This document shows positions 32,383-54,560 of a stretch of DNA of 64,000 nucleotides, piece after piece. Below the pieces are notes generated by a model. That model saw nothing but the letters and a program-made list of their open reading frames with translations, made no database searches and was not told the origin of the DNA. Position numbers and translations under genes: made by a program. The DNA is from Eledone cirrhosa. Taxonomy: Eukaryota. The first letter of the stretch is position 1, and each line of letters starts with the position of its first letter. The stretch is from NCBI GenBank assembly GCA_964016885.1, contig OZ024749.1, forward strand, positions 45,260,001 through 45,324,000. The letters are read 5' to 3'.

Positions 32383-32788
32383 CTTGATCAACTTAACCGA
32401 CCAGCCTCTCGTGTGTCCATTCGGAACCGCTGGTCACAGCACGCCGTCCATTCCTCATACATGTAGTCCCAATCGTATTCCTAAAATCGTACCTCCACTC
32501 TCGTGGAGGTCTTACGAGTGGTCGTTATCGCTCGCACGAGTACCACTCGGCAACTGCGCGGGTCCACGATTATCGGTGAACCGGGCGACGTGTCCAGCCC
32601 ATCTGAACTTGCAGCGCATATATTCCGCCGAACTTCCGTCTGATGACTTCGCTCCTTGATGTGCTCTCTCAACGATATTCATAGCCTTGATCTCTCCATG
32701 GATCTTTGAGACGTTACCAGCCTCTTCTCTTCTCTCTTCGTTATAGCCCAAGTTTCACTGCTATATACTTTGCAGGTAAAACTCTGCT
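32380..32788 (-). mobile_element. RTE-clade LINE 3' remnant (decayed RT C-terminus)
   Basis: Translation contains [15 protein letters not shown], the typical [11 protein letters not shown] motif; frameshifted downstream. Confidence 0.8.
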
Positions 32789-32957
32789 ATATATATATAT
32801 ATATATATATATATTTCGTTTCTGAATTTGTTTAGCAAGATTCTTTATCTGAAATCGTGTGTTGAAACCGATATTGTTAGATATATATTAAATTAAATTG
32901 AAGTGAATGCAACTGGTGCGTGTGTTTCTTATTGGCAACATGACCCTCCCAAAGTAT

Positions 32958-33005
<48 letters not shown>

Positions 33006-33026
33006 GTATATATATATATATATATA

Positions 33027-33069
<43 letters not shown>

Positions 33070-33072
<3 letters not shown>

Positions 33073-33547
33073 GTAAGTATGTATGTATACGTACATACAT
33101 ATATGTATACAGACGTACAGTAGTATGTATATACATACATACATGCGCACGTATATATATATGCACGTATCGTTTTCGGTGTGCCCGGCCGACTGAACTC
33201 ACTTGATATGCAAATTAGGCTGCTCAGCCGTTAATATGCATAAGGAAAGTATATACTTTCAGACGTTCAACCATCTGGCAGGAAGGTATACGATGCTGAC
33301 GATAGCTAATAAGCTTGAAACTAGTACATCGTTCCTGTGTCAGTGTTGAACAAAAAGGTGACGTGGTTGCCTAAACACTGTACGGCGTAATTCGGGCTGT
33401 TTGTTTGTTTACAATGATTCTCTGTTTAAATGTTCGGTAAACAGATACGTGCATATATATGTGTGTGCATGTATGTATATATATACATACTACTGTACGT
33501 CTTTATACATATATGTATGTACGTGTACATACATACATACTTACATT
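33070..33547. mobile_element. MITE-like element: ~100-bp microsatellite-like inverted repeats around a ~270-bp core containing a hammerhead
   Basis: 33070-33171 is an imperfect reverse complement of 33444-33547, including the non-repetitive marks agacgtacagtagtatg/catactactgtacgtct and tgcacgtatc/gatacgtgca. Confidence 0.75.
33265..33351 (+). ncRNA. Type I hammerhead ribozyme, intact core (H3)
   Basis: Stem I acgatg(33290-95)/catcgt(33327-32), extended by gcagga/tcctgt and gttcaac/gttgaac. Core CTGACGA 33296-33302. Stem II agct-aata-agct. GAA, palindromic ACTAGT, GUA triplet; predicted cut after 33326. Confidence 0.85.
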
Positions 33548-33595
33548 TAAGTAAGTGCCGTACTAAGAGTGAGAAATGAAATTTCGTTTCATTCT

Positions 33596-35080
<1,485 letters not shown>

Positions 35081-35672
35081 CTCCATATTTGCCCGACCCC
35101 ATCTTGAATACTGTTGTCCACTGTGGTCACCCCACACGAAACAAAGTATCATGAAAGTTGAAGCACCCCAAAGGTCAATTACAAAAAAGATATATGGCAT
35201 GACATGCTTTGACTATTGGAGTCGATTAGAACAGCTCAAATTTTATTCTCTCCAACGTCGCCGTGAGCGCTACGTTATCTGTATGATGTAGAAAATATTC
35301 TATCAGCTTTGCCCAAATGATGTTGGCATCACCTTTAGTGTACACCCAAGGCTTGGGCCCCGTGCTATCCGCCCACGACAAAAATCTCACTCGCATCACA
35401 TAACAACAGTACGGCACAATTATTTCACCTCATTTGGCTCGCACTCTTCAATATTACACCAAAACACATCAACGCAGAGACAGACCCCCATCAAGTTCAA
35501 GAAGTCTTTGGATAAACTCCTTCAAGAAATCCCGGATAAGCCTCCTACACCCGGATGTTCGAGTGAGCCCATGGTGCCTAAACACTGATTTGTAAGACTT
35601 CGCCAGGTGGTGCTATTAAGTTAGACATGGCCTGGGCCAATACTGACCGAAACCTATCAAAGTTATCAAAGT
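35081..35672 (+). mobile_element. CR1/L2-group LINE 3' fragment with (ATCAAAGTT)n tail
   Basis: [15 protein letters not shown]...[10 protein letters not shown]...[19 protein letters not shown] is the CR1-type RT C-terminus; stops follow. Confidence 0.88.
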
Positions 35673-35718
35673 TATATATTTGTATATATATGTATATGTA
35701 TATATTTGATTTATATAT

Positions 35719-36534
35719 ACAGGACCAGGAGGGACCGATATCACTGTGTCACAATCCATACGAGACCTGGGTATAGACATGAGCGATGATGCATCTTTTT
35801 CCTCACACATCATGAAAGTGGCGACAATGTGCAGACGACTCGCTGGCTGGATCTTGAGGACTTTCCGGACAAGAGACCGAGACACCATGTTGACACTATG
35901 GAGGACATTAATCCTAAGCCGCCTGGACTATTCCTCCCAGTTGTAGTCAACCCATAGTGTCAAACTAACCACGGAACTTGAGGCAATCCAGCGAAGCTAC
36001 ACCAAGAGGATTGCCACGATGAAGGAGATAAGCTACTGGGAGAGGCTAAAAGAACTGAATCTCTACTCCTTGTAACGAAGACGGTAGAGATACGCAGTGA
36101 TCTACATGTGGAAAATCGTTGAGGGACTAGCACCTAACTTTGTCATTGGGAGCTGGACCAACCGTTGAACAAGACGTCACTGTGTGGTACCAAAAGTCCC
36201 ATCTTCCACATCTAGAATAAGGAGCAGATATTGCAATAGCCTGGGATTCAAGGGCCCTCAACTCTTAACTAAATTGCAGTAGGATCTGAGAGATCTTCAT
36301 GGTGTGGAGGTGGATGTCTTCAAGAAACATCTCGACATCTTGCTATCCAGGATTCCGGATGAGCCCACAGCAAGGCACGAGGGAAACCTAAGGGCAGCAG
36401 CAACAATCTCCCTCTAACACAAGTGGCCAACCGATACAGGCTGGAGATAAGATGTGTAGCAAAAAGGGCGGTGTCCAGCATACCTCAGCCGGATGGCTGG
36501 AACAGGTAAAAGAGTAAAAGAGTAAAAGAGTAAA
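35719..36534 (+). mobile_element. Second CR1-group LINE 3' fragment with (GTAAAAGA)n tail
   Basis: IRDLGIDM...GWILRTFRTRD...LILSRLDYSSQL*...LEAIQRSYTKRI...YWERLKELNLYSL*RRR; in-frame stops. Confidence 0.9.
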
Positions 36535-40300
<3,766 letters not shown>

Positions 40301-40384
40301 TATAATACGGATGCATGAATCGATAATATTTTCAGTGTTGTACTCTATATATTTGACTTCAAAATGATTGTTCATCTATAGAAT

Positions 40385-40567
40385 ATAATTGTTTCTACTA
40401 TTGGCACAAGGCCAGCAATTATCCAGTGCATTACTGGTACATTATTTTATCGATCCCGTAAGGATGAAAGGCAAAGTTAAGCTCGGCGGGATTTGAACTC
40501 AGAATGGCAAGGGCCGTAACTCTATACCTCAAAGCATGGCGTCCGGCGCTCTCCCGATACTGCCAAT
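40385..40567 (-). mobile_element. SINE S1, near full length
   Basis: Reverse complement of S1. Confidence 0.9.
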
Positions 40568-41615
40568 TCTTCATTCTTGAACTCTACCACATTTTCCTTG
40601 TGTAATGACATATGGGAACAGAAATTGATTAAGACATGACTGAATCAATTTGTGATTCATCTCTGGACAATAGAATCTCTCAAAATTTGGGAAACATAGC
40701 TTTAGGTATTCTAAATTCTATCGTGGTTTGGTATAGTAGGTAATTCTCCATAGTGCAACTCATGAGGCTTACGAGGCTGAGCTGTACATCCTCACCCCCT
40801 AAGCCATGTCACCTCACACTCATCTCATACACACACAGTCTGTTATAGAAATAGACACACATACAAACATACATTTTCAGATATAAATCTTTGTGGTATG
40901 TGTTTTTAAAATCGATTGTCGAATAATGATTTTTCACGGAGGCTTATAATTTCGTGGGAGTGGACTTTGAAGTAATCGATTAGACGATATCGATTAATAC
41001 CTGATTTGTACTTTACGTCATCGTCAGGAAATGATGAAACTAAAAGGTTTGGTTAGTAACATCAATATCAACATCATCAACATCATTTTAACTTCTCTTT
41101 CCATCCTTGCATGATTTTGACAGTTCATGATGGCCCGAGATTAGACATTTGTTGTGGGACAAATTTTGCGTAAACATTCCATGGCTTCTTCTGTTGAGAT
41201 TTATTTGTTAACACCCAGCAAGATAAGTCGATGAATTAAAAAAAAAATGATCAGCACTTAAACTGAATAGAATATACTGTCTGTAATTTATGTGGCTCAA
41301 GAAATACCTTTGACCCTAAAATTCATGTCATGAACATACTATCATATATTTTTTATAACCCTTACGATGTTGACCAATGCCTCCATTATTTAAAATAGAA
41401 TCCTTCTCAACCTCACCTCACATCTTATTACTTCCAGTTTGTTGATTTATTATACATTGAGTCATAGTCGTTGATTCGTGATCTAGATTCACTAGAGTGG
41501 GTGATGGCCACTTTTTTCTCTAGCTAAGGATATTCTCCACGATTTTCTAATGTTATTATTGTTACGAGCGTGGACTGTTGTAATTATTCTCTGCCTTCTC
41601 ATTGCACCATTATAT

Positions 41616-41747
<132 letters not shown>

Positions 41748-41769
41748 TATATATATATATATATATATA

Positions 41770-41900
<131 letters not shown>

Positions 41901-41945
41901 TAACAGCCGTTCTAAGAGTGGGAAATGAAATTTCGTTTATACGAG

Positions 41946-41979
<34 letters not shown>

Positions 41980-42084
41980 AATTCATGCACCCACGTACTC
42001 TCTGATACACGCATACAAAAACAAAATAGAATGAACAATTTTTACCATTTTCAACCGTTCAACCTCCCCTTTTTCTGAACTTTG

Positions 42085-42130
42085 TTCTTTCCTGATGAAG
42101 GACTGTTGTCTGATACAGCGAAACATTCAT
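42085..42130 (+). ncRNA. Degenerate hammerhead-like motif (Penelope pLTR type)
   Basis: CTGATGA 42092-98, stem II ctgt/acag, GAAAC 42120-24; stem III and stem I decayed. Confidence 0.35.
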
Positions 42131-43139
42131 TTCCCTATCCCAACACACACACACACACGTTTATATATATATAATTTACACACGTGTGTGTGCGAAGACA
42201 TCTAGTATAAACATACATAGACACACACACACACAAATATATATATATATTTATATATATATGTGTTGTATATATCTATATGGCTGTATATGTGTGTGTC
42301 TGTATATATATATATATATATATGTATGTATATATATAATATATGATATATGATATCTATATTCATATAATGTGTGTTTGTGCCTGAATGTCAGTGTCAA
42401 GTTTGAACTGCTCCAAATTCGTGTAACTTAACAGCATTCGCGTGGGTCAAGAATGGCGTGACACTGGATGGTAGTGGTGTTTTGTTAAGTGGCTGCTAGT
42501 AAGGCTATCCCAGTTATCAATTAAGTAAAATTAAATCATTCTGTTGATGTCTGTTTCATTAGTGCTAATTAAGAATTAGCAGACAGATAGAGTAAGAACG
42601 ACTGAGAGAAAGTGATAGGTAGATAGATATGAGTCCACTTAATGGACGTACAATAACACACTCAACATGAACAGGCGATCTGTTTACCTACCCACCCTCT
42701 ACACTTTATATCACTCATTCATTTATTCTCTCTCTCCCTCTCTTCCCTCTCTCTCTTTTTCTCTCCCCCTCTCTCTCTCTCACGCTCATTCACTCGCTAC
42801 TTCATCCACTCACATTTATACTGCATCAGTATCGTGTTGTTTCTATGTAACAGATGTACACTTGTATCCTTTTACTTGCTTCAGTCATTAGTCTATGGCC
42901 ATGCTAGGGTACGGTCATAAAGGGATTTAGATTGTCATATATATATATCGTAGTTCATATCTTATCATATTTTTATTTTCTCGATCCGTTATGTTTTTGT
43001 TACATAAACGAACAGTAAACGTAATTACAGAAACATAATTCTCTCTCATACTATTTACACAAACAAACACACACACAGATATATATCCGATGCATTCACT
43101 CTATTTACACACATACACACATACATATATATATGTATA

Positions 43140-43201
<62 letters not shown>

Positions 43202-44202
43202 TCTTATATAGTTGATATAATATATTTATCCTTATCGAGCCCTTTTTGGACTTTAGTCTTCACATTTCTTATTATAACTATATATCTATATATATCTATA
43301 TATATACGATGCATCCCACACATATAACATCCTTATCATTTTACCTGCAATTTTCCCCGATTGCACGTGTTGAACGATTCATCACAGATGGACATCTCAG
43401 ATGGGCTGGAACTCGGCATGTGGGTTAAAATCTCGTAAGCGTCCCAGTACTAGGGTTGTTGTCATGTTATCGACACAATTGCTGGATTTTCTCGACACTT
43501 TGTTTCATCAATTTTCCATGATTAGATGCTCGTCCTATTGCCAAATATTTTACATGATGTACTGAATTCATTTGTCTTGGCACTAGCACTGGAACGTTGT
43601 CGGTTACTCTTCCTCTCGGTCTATGACACGAAAAACTCCCCACGACACACACCCTAACAGACAGGCAGACACACACACATATATATATGTTTGCGTGTGT
43701 TTTTCTCTGTGTATCAGTATGTATATATCAGGTTTCGAGAAGTTACTTAAGTTATAGGTGTAGACAAACTTTTCAAAATATGTCATATTGTATAGCTTTC
43801 GTTTTTATATTGCTTTCAACCTTTAGTAATGCATCTTGGGAAACGTCTCCAAATAATTTAGTCAACAATATCGTTCACCTGTTCTGAATATTCCAGTCGT
43901 GTACTTCTTTAGTTAATCTACATATTTTGAACTGATTCCTGTCACCAAAGATAGCATATACAACACAGTTTTATATTCTGGCAGAAACACACACATGAAA
44001 AGCTTACACCACCCACAAACTCATAATTGTTGAGACAACAGTGGTACTAGTTGTATATATTGTGAATTTGATCATATATATTTCTTTACAAGATGAAATT
44101 TCATATCTTCGTATTGTATGTATATATGAATATGTAAATACATACAAATAAATAAATACGTACAAATATGTAAATACATACATGTAAATACGTAAATGCA
44201 AA

Positions 44203-44252
<50 letters not shown>

Positions 44253-45478
44253 ATGTGTGCTTGAGTATGAATAAACGCATACTTATGCAATGCAAACATC
44301 TATTTCATATAGAATATAAAGTCATATGTGAAACGGTTGCATGTATATATATATATATATGAAATAGAGATATGTGATTATATGTAAATCTGAATATTCC
44401 ATATATGAACCTGATAAAGTATCTAGTTTTAATTGTATTGATAAAAACCGCTTGAAATCACCTTTGATTTCAAATGTAAGTAGCATTGTTAAATTAATTG
44501 AGTTACTAAATCCTTTCAAATCTTGATTATTTTCAAAATTATTCGGAAATACCGCAAGGAAAGTGTTAATATTTAGAACCAATTTGGCTCTGATTACGCC
44601 AACCTGTGATTAAATGCATCGGGAATTGATGCTTTAATAAGTAAATGCTACCTGCTTTCACGTTCCTCGCTGTTATAATGTGATGGTGATGTGAATCTCA
44701 AACTTGTATATCAGTATTGAATGTGTGGGTTTGATTGAAAGTGTAATATTACATAAGATATTATTAAATCCGACTGAAATGTTATAAAGCTGTGAGCATT
44801 AGTATGTCACTTGTTGATGTGATTTCTGCTAAAACTAGCAGCTAAATCTTCCTGAACGCATATCCTGCAACTGTAAAATGAAGAGAATACTGGATTATGT
44901 TGAACTTTTCCAGAAATGAAAAGATGGGAGGATTTTATGTGGATTATTTTGATGATCTTACCTACTCCTCTAACATTGATCTTCTGCTAAAAATATAAGC
45001 ATACATTATTTTCATTTTATACCCGAAATCGTGTTTCATATCAATTTAAGTAAATGAAAATATACCAGTTTTAGCACCTCAATTGAGAATTAACCCGAAT
45101 AGTTTGGGACATCATTTTTAAATTGAACCTCATACAGTATGTTTCTCATCCCGATGCTCATTTTATAATATCCTTTATATGATATGTGCCCGTGATAGTG
45201 ACTGCATATGGTCGCGTTCACCTACAAATAGTTTACACTCCCTGACATTTGTGTCATTTACAATCAATATGTATGTGGATGTAAACGACGGGATGATCCC
45301 GGGTTTAACTTTTTTGATAAGAATTCTACTTGAAGGTGGCTGACCTGTTACTCCAAAAAATTGTGTAACAATATTGGATACAAAAGATTCTGTAATCTCC
45401 TTTGTTTCTATGATTCAAAGTTATTTATTTTCAAAGTGTTTATATTTCTTATCAAACAACTGCATCATTATTCTATAG

Positions 45479-45670
45479 AATAATTGTTTCTACGTTAGGC
45501 ACAAGGCCAGCAATTAGCCAGTGCATTACTGGTACATTATTTTATCGACCCCGTAAGGATGAAAGGCAAAGTCAACCTCGGCGGGATTTGAACTCAGATC
45601 GTAAAGGGACGTAACTATGCTGGAAAGCATGGCGTCCGACCCTCTACCGATACTGCCAATCCACCGCCCT
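45479..45670 (-). mobile_element. SINE S1, full length, 18-bp TSD with 1 mismatch
   Basis: attattctatagaataat 45467-45484 versus attattctatataataat 45671-45688. Confidence 0.92.
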
Positions 45671-46930
45671 ATTATTCTATATAATAATATTCATAATTCG
45701 TTCCATATACCAGCATAATAATATTTTTCATATTGCTAAAGCTCTCAAAATTTTAGATAATTTCAAAATTATTTGAATATCATACTTAACGAATTTTATT
45801 ACAAATATGGTACCAAAATGGTTACTGTCAAAGTGAAATCTACTACATTTTTTGAGCTGTCCTTTTTTTAAAATATTTCTATTTTTGTATTCAGAAATAT
45901 TAGCTGTTTAAATTTTTGTAGCTATGGCATTAATAGATTTGAAAGAAAAAACACATTTCATGTAAACATGAATTCGGGTAGACGGGTAATGACCCATGAC
46001 AGATTTGAACTCAACTAAATGACATATGACAACCTGTTTACCTATAGACTCTTTTCTCTGAATATAACCTTGGGAAACACTATCTATCTAGATATAGATA
46101 TATATATATATATATATAGACATAAGCATTGGGCATATTAGCAACTAAATATTAATTAGATGAACAGACACAACTCAGAATATAAGGCGTTGGTTAAACA
46201 AATTACAAGTACTTTTTGATTTAGTATATGTCTTCTTAAGATACAAATCGTTCCAATGAATCACACTGGAGGAATTTCTCTCATCCCGTAAGACAGGAGT
46301 TTTTGACGGGAGGGGTATAATAGTTCTTGTTCGGTTTGATACACCTGTACGATCTGAGCACTTCATATTCAACCACTCTTCATCGAATGTTATTTCTAGC
46401 AAGTCTTCACAAAATATCTCTCTTTGTAATCAGGATGCAGATTTGAGGCAGCATTGAACCATTTAGATATCCGAGACGGTTATCATACAGTAAATGCACG
46501 AATAAATTTATTTTTGGGTAAATTCGAAACTCATTATTTTCCCTCATATGTTTCACACTGCCATTGGTCATAGGCCCAAGTAATTTCTAATTAGCTGTTG
46601 GAAAATATCAGCGACAAAATGTCTCGATTAAAAAATACTAAACTTTTCGTCACAACTTGCCGAAATAAATACATTGCCCATGATTTTCATTTCATATCGT
46701 GAACAAGGACATATTGGATGGGGAGGAGAACATGATGTGACATTATCATTATTAATTTAGTTTTTGAAATACAATTTTAAAAAGTGTTTTATGAATTTAT
46801 TATGGAAGATTTTACATAAATATACGCAGTTTTAAATAGACGGATGTGGCCTAGTAAACCCAAGGACAGTGTGATAGCCAACCAATTAATATACGCCTTC
46901 TGAGGTGAACCAATCCAATAACTATTATAC

Positions 46931-48775
<1,845 letters not shown>

Positions 48776-50910
48776 GAGTATATTTTTAAAAGTTGGATTA
48801 AATATTCCAGTGAGTGATTAGTATTTTTAGCTAAGGACACATTATACTGCTGGTCCATAGAGATCCGATGTCCCTTCAGTTGACAGATTCAACTCCCATC
48901 CCCTACCTCGACAATTTAATGACTTAGCTATTCGCGACAGTCACACGTTTGACAAACAAATTGTTGCCAGTAGTTCTATTTGCTCTCTGTTTCCACTCTC
49001 CTCTCTGCAATCCACCCCTTCTCTCTCTCATATACGGGGTCATTTTTAAACACACACACACAAACACACAGAATTTTATATATATATATATATATATACA
49101 CAAATATATATTATTTTTATAACTTGACAGATTGACGAGTGAATTATACAGATTTATTAGTACGCCCAGAGACTCCAAACAAAATGACTTCACTTTGTTT
49201 ACTTCCGTTTCTATGTAGGTTTTTGGTCACATTCCACAGAGGAAGTGAACTTCACATGTGAAAAGCCAAGGAGATCAAGTTCTACAGCATTGTCTTTCAA
49301 CACGCTTGGAATTGCTAACATATATAGACATAAATCTTACTCACTATTCGTGAAAATAGCGCAGGACACATTGGATAATGTTGTCCTACATATACACGAA
49401 GACAATGGAATTTTCTGGCTATAAGTTATAGTAGGAAATTATAGGGATTGGTCATCCTATCGGACCAAGGAAGATATGTTTCCATTTGTATTTCCATATT
49501 TATAATATCCTTTAGATCCAAGATCAAATGTTTGGGGATTTCACGTTGGTTTTCATGAAAGGACAGAGGCTCCTAAACTGAAAGTACTCGAGAAACATAC
49601 TATGAGATACAACCTTATAGGAGACAAGTCAACACTGTATAATTGGGAGCTGTAAACGTCATTGTTTTGTTTTAATAGTCTGAATAATAGTGATATACTT
49701 TCTTTGGTTCAATCGGTTGTCATCTCATTGTGTTTGTGGAATTGTCATTCTGCTTAGTCAAAAATGTACTTTCATATCATCATCATCAACTTTATCATCA
49801 TCGACATCCTGCTCATCATCATCACCAACATAATTTTTGTCAAATTCATCATCATATATATATATATATTACATTCGGACAAATAATCAACTAGTTACAT
49901 GAAATAAATCGTTAAATAAATAAATACACTCTCTAGAGACGTCAGCACTCTAAATATGAAACTATTTACATTACGGTTTTACATCATAAATTTAAAATAA
50001 AATATAACGATCGGAATTATAATAGACATTCTTAAATCCATCTAGATATAAATTGATCATGAAATTAATAAAATAAAGCAAACATTTCTGTTCAATCATA
50101 TTTTCATAAACGAGTATAGACATATACACATACAATTACCAAATGACAGAAATTTCCACAATAATTTTTATGAGGGTGATATGAATATTTATTTATGTAG
50201 ATTTACTACAAGTTAGTATATCATAGTATAACATAGTGTAGCATTCAATTATTTAGTTATACAGAAATGCCTCATATGTGTTTATATAGAGATTCTATAT
50301 GAGTGTTTATTGTTTCTGACCATAAGAGCGACATAGGAATCTAGGGGTGAATGTACAAGCACGTGTGTGATAACGGACGGGGTATTAAAGAAATTATGGA
50401 GGGGAGTTGAGTCCATGAGGGAAACAGGACCCAGGGTGGTAAATCAGACTCTGTCAGTCCTGGTGCGCGAGGCCTGTGATGCGCGATATAAAAGGACACC
50501 CAGGACTGAGACGTGTAGGGAAGAGTGACCAGGAGAACGGAAATGACCGGCGACGGCAATATCCAAACCGAGTCGCATGTCCCTCAAATGCTCAGCAAAA
50601 CATATGTATATATAGTTAATTTACGAATGAATCATAAAATAATGCATTTACAAAGTCGAAATATGATGTAAAAAATGAGCCGACGGAGCCAGGTATGGAT
50701 TCGTACCAAGAATCTATTGTATTCAGGAAGAATCCATTTATGCCATTCATGAAAACTACCATCTTTTCGTTGTCCACATTAGCGTACGTACATGTTTACC
50801 TGGAGAAGGTACAATTATTTACTTCCCTTTGTGAAAAATTTACCAACTCATATAGGTAAAAACACACACACATACACACACACACCGCACACTAAACACG
50901 CATCTATATT

Positions 50911-51022
<112 letters not shown>

Positions 51023-51024
51023 AA

Positions 51025-51090
51025 TATGACTTCTTCAGGACTAGAATCGTTTCAATCATAAAATATCATCGGGATATTCTTGATGATTTG
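51025..51090 (-). mobile_element. Decayed H2 copy with fold-back over the core
   Basis: Minus strand: caaatcatcaaga-ata-tcccgatgatat...gaaacgattctagtcctgaagaag. Confidence 0.55.
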
Positions 51091-51102
51091 ACACACACAC
51101 AC

Positions 51103-51136
<34 letters not shown>

Positions 51137-51572
51137 AAGATATACTTGGGGAAAATGCATAAAAAAACGGATCGAGTGGCCGTAGCATTTTATAGTATTC
51201 AACGTACACTTTCCCAAGAATTATTTCAGAATAATATTTCTCCATATTCACAGTGTATCTTCTGACCCATTTTTCGCTCAATAACATCTATACATTATAG
51301 ATTAAAACTACACAAATATTATATATATATATATATATAATATTTGTGTAGTCATAATCTATAATATGTATATATATATATGCCTGTGTATGTGCTTGTA
51401 TATACGTGAGAACATTAGTGATCACACTCCCGGTCAACGGTCTCATGCGAGTGACTATGCACGACAGAGATTTGAAAAGAAAGAAAAACAATGCATGATT
51501 GCGAGGTGTTTGCAGTGAAAAAATCTAAAGATCACATTTCTATTACTGTATTAGGGCATAACAAAGTGAGGG

Positions 51573-51690
<118 letters not shown>

Positions 51691-52196
51691 TCTGTGTACC
51701 TGTGTATGTATGTTTGTGTCTTCCCACGTGTATTTATATATATATATGAAATCGAATTGTTTCGTACATACTCTCTTACGTTAATTGACATACTTGAAAG
51801 CTAAGTTTCACATAAACACTAGTATCTATTTGCTATAACAGCCACACACACTCACAACCACATACAGAAACACATAAAACCCAGTCACACAGTGTAAAGT
51901 ATATTGTGTTCACTATTATTACATTTAGAGAAGTGTGACGAAATAAAAACAAATCAAAACATTACTCTTTGTCACCATAACCTAACGGTTCGACATATAG
52001 GACTTTATGTAATATGTAGTAGCCTTGAAATCACTACTAGGTCCCAGCATAACGAGTGTCTAATTACTGAAGCTATTAAAGGAATATAAAATATAATATA
52101 TGAACAGACCAATAAATAACAGGTCTTGATGTGAAGATACACACACATGTATACACATATATATATATTCATAGACATCACATAATGTATAATGCA

Positions 52197-52476
52197 CATC
52201 TTACATCTGCACAGATTCACACTTAGACACACGCATATATACGCATATATATTCACAGACTTTACAACCTATAACGTACGTCTTACATCCGCACAGATTC
52301 ACACTTAGACACACGCATATATACGCATATATATTCACAGACTTTACAAACTATAACGTACATCTTACATCCGCACAGATTCACACTTAGACACACGCAT
52401 ATATACGCATATATATTCACAGACTTTACAAACTATAACGTACATCTTACATCCGCACAGATTCACACTTAGACAC
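52197..52476 (+). repeat. 82-bp tandem minisatellite, ~3.4 copies
   Basis: Units start at 52197, 52279, 52361 and 52443. Confidence 0.92.
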
Positions 52477-52813
52477 ATATTTACTCAGTCAATCTGAGTG
52501 GAGAAGGATTGTTGTGGATGTGTATACATTAATTTCTCTTAGCAATATCAATATCCAAGTAACGGTATATATTTCTGTATGTCGTTCTCAAGACCTTTGG
52601 TGTACTTGGTCAACTGTTTTCTTTCTCAAAATGATGAGGAGTGCTTTTCGCCCGAGGAAAGACTCCGCATATGTATCCCAGTAAAATTGACCTCGATAAG
52701 AGGCATTAAATCATCACCCACTCCTCAATATCTCTACAACATAAACACGCACCCTCATCTTATAAATAAGAGCGTTTGTACGTGTTAAATAGTAAGGATG
52801 TGAAACGCAAATT

Positions 52814-52902
<89 letters not shown>

Positions 52903-52927
52903 AATAAATAAATATATATAATGTCTG

Positions 52928-52975
<48 letters not shown>

Positions 52976-53000
52976 TAAATATATTTATGTGTGTATGTAC

Positions 53001-53079
<79 letters not shown>

Positions 53080-53239
53080 CATATATATGTGTGTGTATGT
53101 ATATATATATATATATAAATATATATATATATATTTTTAAATATATAAAAATATATATATATATAAATAAATACATATATGTGTGTGTATGTATATATAT
53201 GTATATATATATATAAATACATATATCTGTGTGTTTATG

Positions 53240-53270
<31 letters not shown>

Positions 53271-53625
53271 AAGGGACTCTACGTCTGTGCCTGCATGTGT
53301 GTATATCCTCACACAAAGACACCTTATTTATTAGTGTGTCCCTTATATTATTATTTTTTTTTTAATATATATTTCTTTCTTTATTACAAACATCATATTA
53401 ATAATATAATTGAAATATACATTACACTGATCAAACCTGTTGAGAAGTTAAACACGAGCCTGTCCTGATTGAACTCATTTGATGATGTTAGTCGACATTA
53501 CTACCTTGCTTCACTTATTTCCTGCAGTCATACTCGTACACATAAATACAAACTCACTTCATACACAATCATATACAAACATAAACACATAGGCCTACAC
53601 AATGGTATATATATATGTGAAAGGT

Positions 53626-54560
53626 CACACACAAAACATAACACACAGATGCGTACACATTCGTATATCTATGAAAACTCGCACACTCAAAACATAACAC
53701 ACAGATGCGTACACATTCGTATATCTATGAAAACTCACACACACAAAACATAACACACAGATGCGTACACATTCGTATATCTATGGAAACTCACACACAC
53801 AAAACATAACACACAGATGCGTACACATTCGTATATCTATGAAAACTCACACACACAAAACATAACACACAGATGCGTACACATTCGTATATCTATGAAA
53901 ACTCACACACACAAAACATAACACACAGATGCGTACACATTCGTATATCTATGAAAACTCACACACACAAAACATAACACACAGATGCGTACACATTCGT
54001 ATATCTATGAAAACTCACACACTCAAAACATAACACACAGATGCGTACACATTCGTATATCTATGAAAACTCACACACACAAAACATAACACACAGATGC
54101 GTACACATTCGTATATCTATGAAAACTCACACACACAAAACATAACACACAGATGCGTACACATTCGTATATCTATGAAAACTCAGAGACACAAAACATA
54201 ACACACAGATGCGTACACATTCGTATATCTATGAAAACTCACACACACAAAACATAACACACAGATGCGTACACATTCGTATATCTATGAAAACTCAGAG
54301 ACACAAAACATAACAGACAGATGCGTACACATTCGTATATCTATGGAAACTCACACACACAGAACATAACACACACATGCGTACACATTCGTATATCTAT
54401 GAAAACTCACACACAAAACATAACACACAGATGCGTACACATTCGTATATCTATGAAAACTCACACACACAAAACATAACACACAGATGCGTACACATTC
54501 GTATATCTATGAAAACTCACACACACAAAACATAACACATAGGCGTACACAATCGTATAT
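53626..54560 (+). repeat. 56-bp tandem minisatellite, ~16-17 copies
   Basis: Unit ctcacacacacaaaacataacacacagatgcgtacacattcgtatatctatgaaaa; gatgcgtac recurs at 53648, 53704, 53760 and onward. Confidence 0.95.

Noticed and set aside
46175-46402. 75-aa non-repetitive ORF; also semi-open frames at 19640-19930
   Set aside because: No recognisable motif or splice structure
53626-54560. CRISPR-like periodic array
   Set aside because: Pure tandem repeat without unique spacers; eukaryotic context; no cas genes
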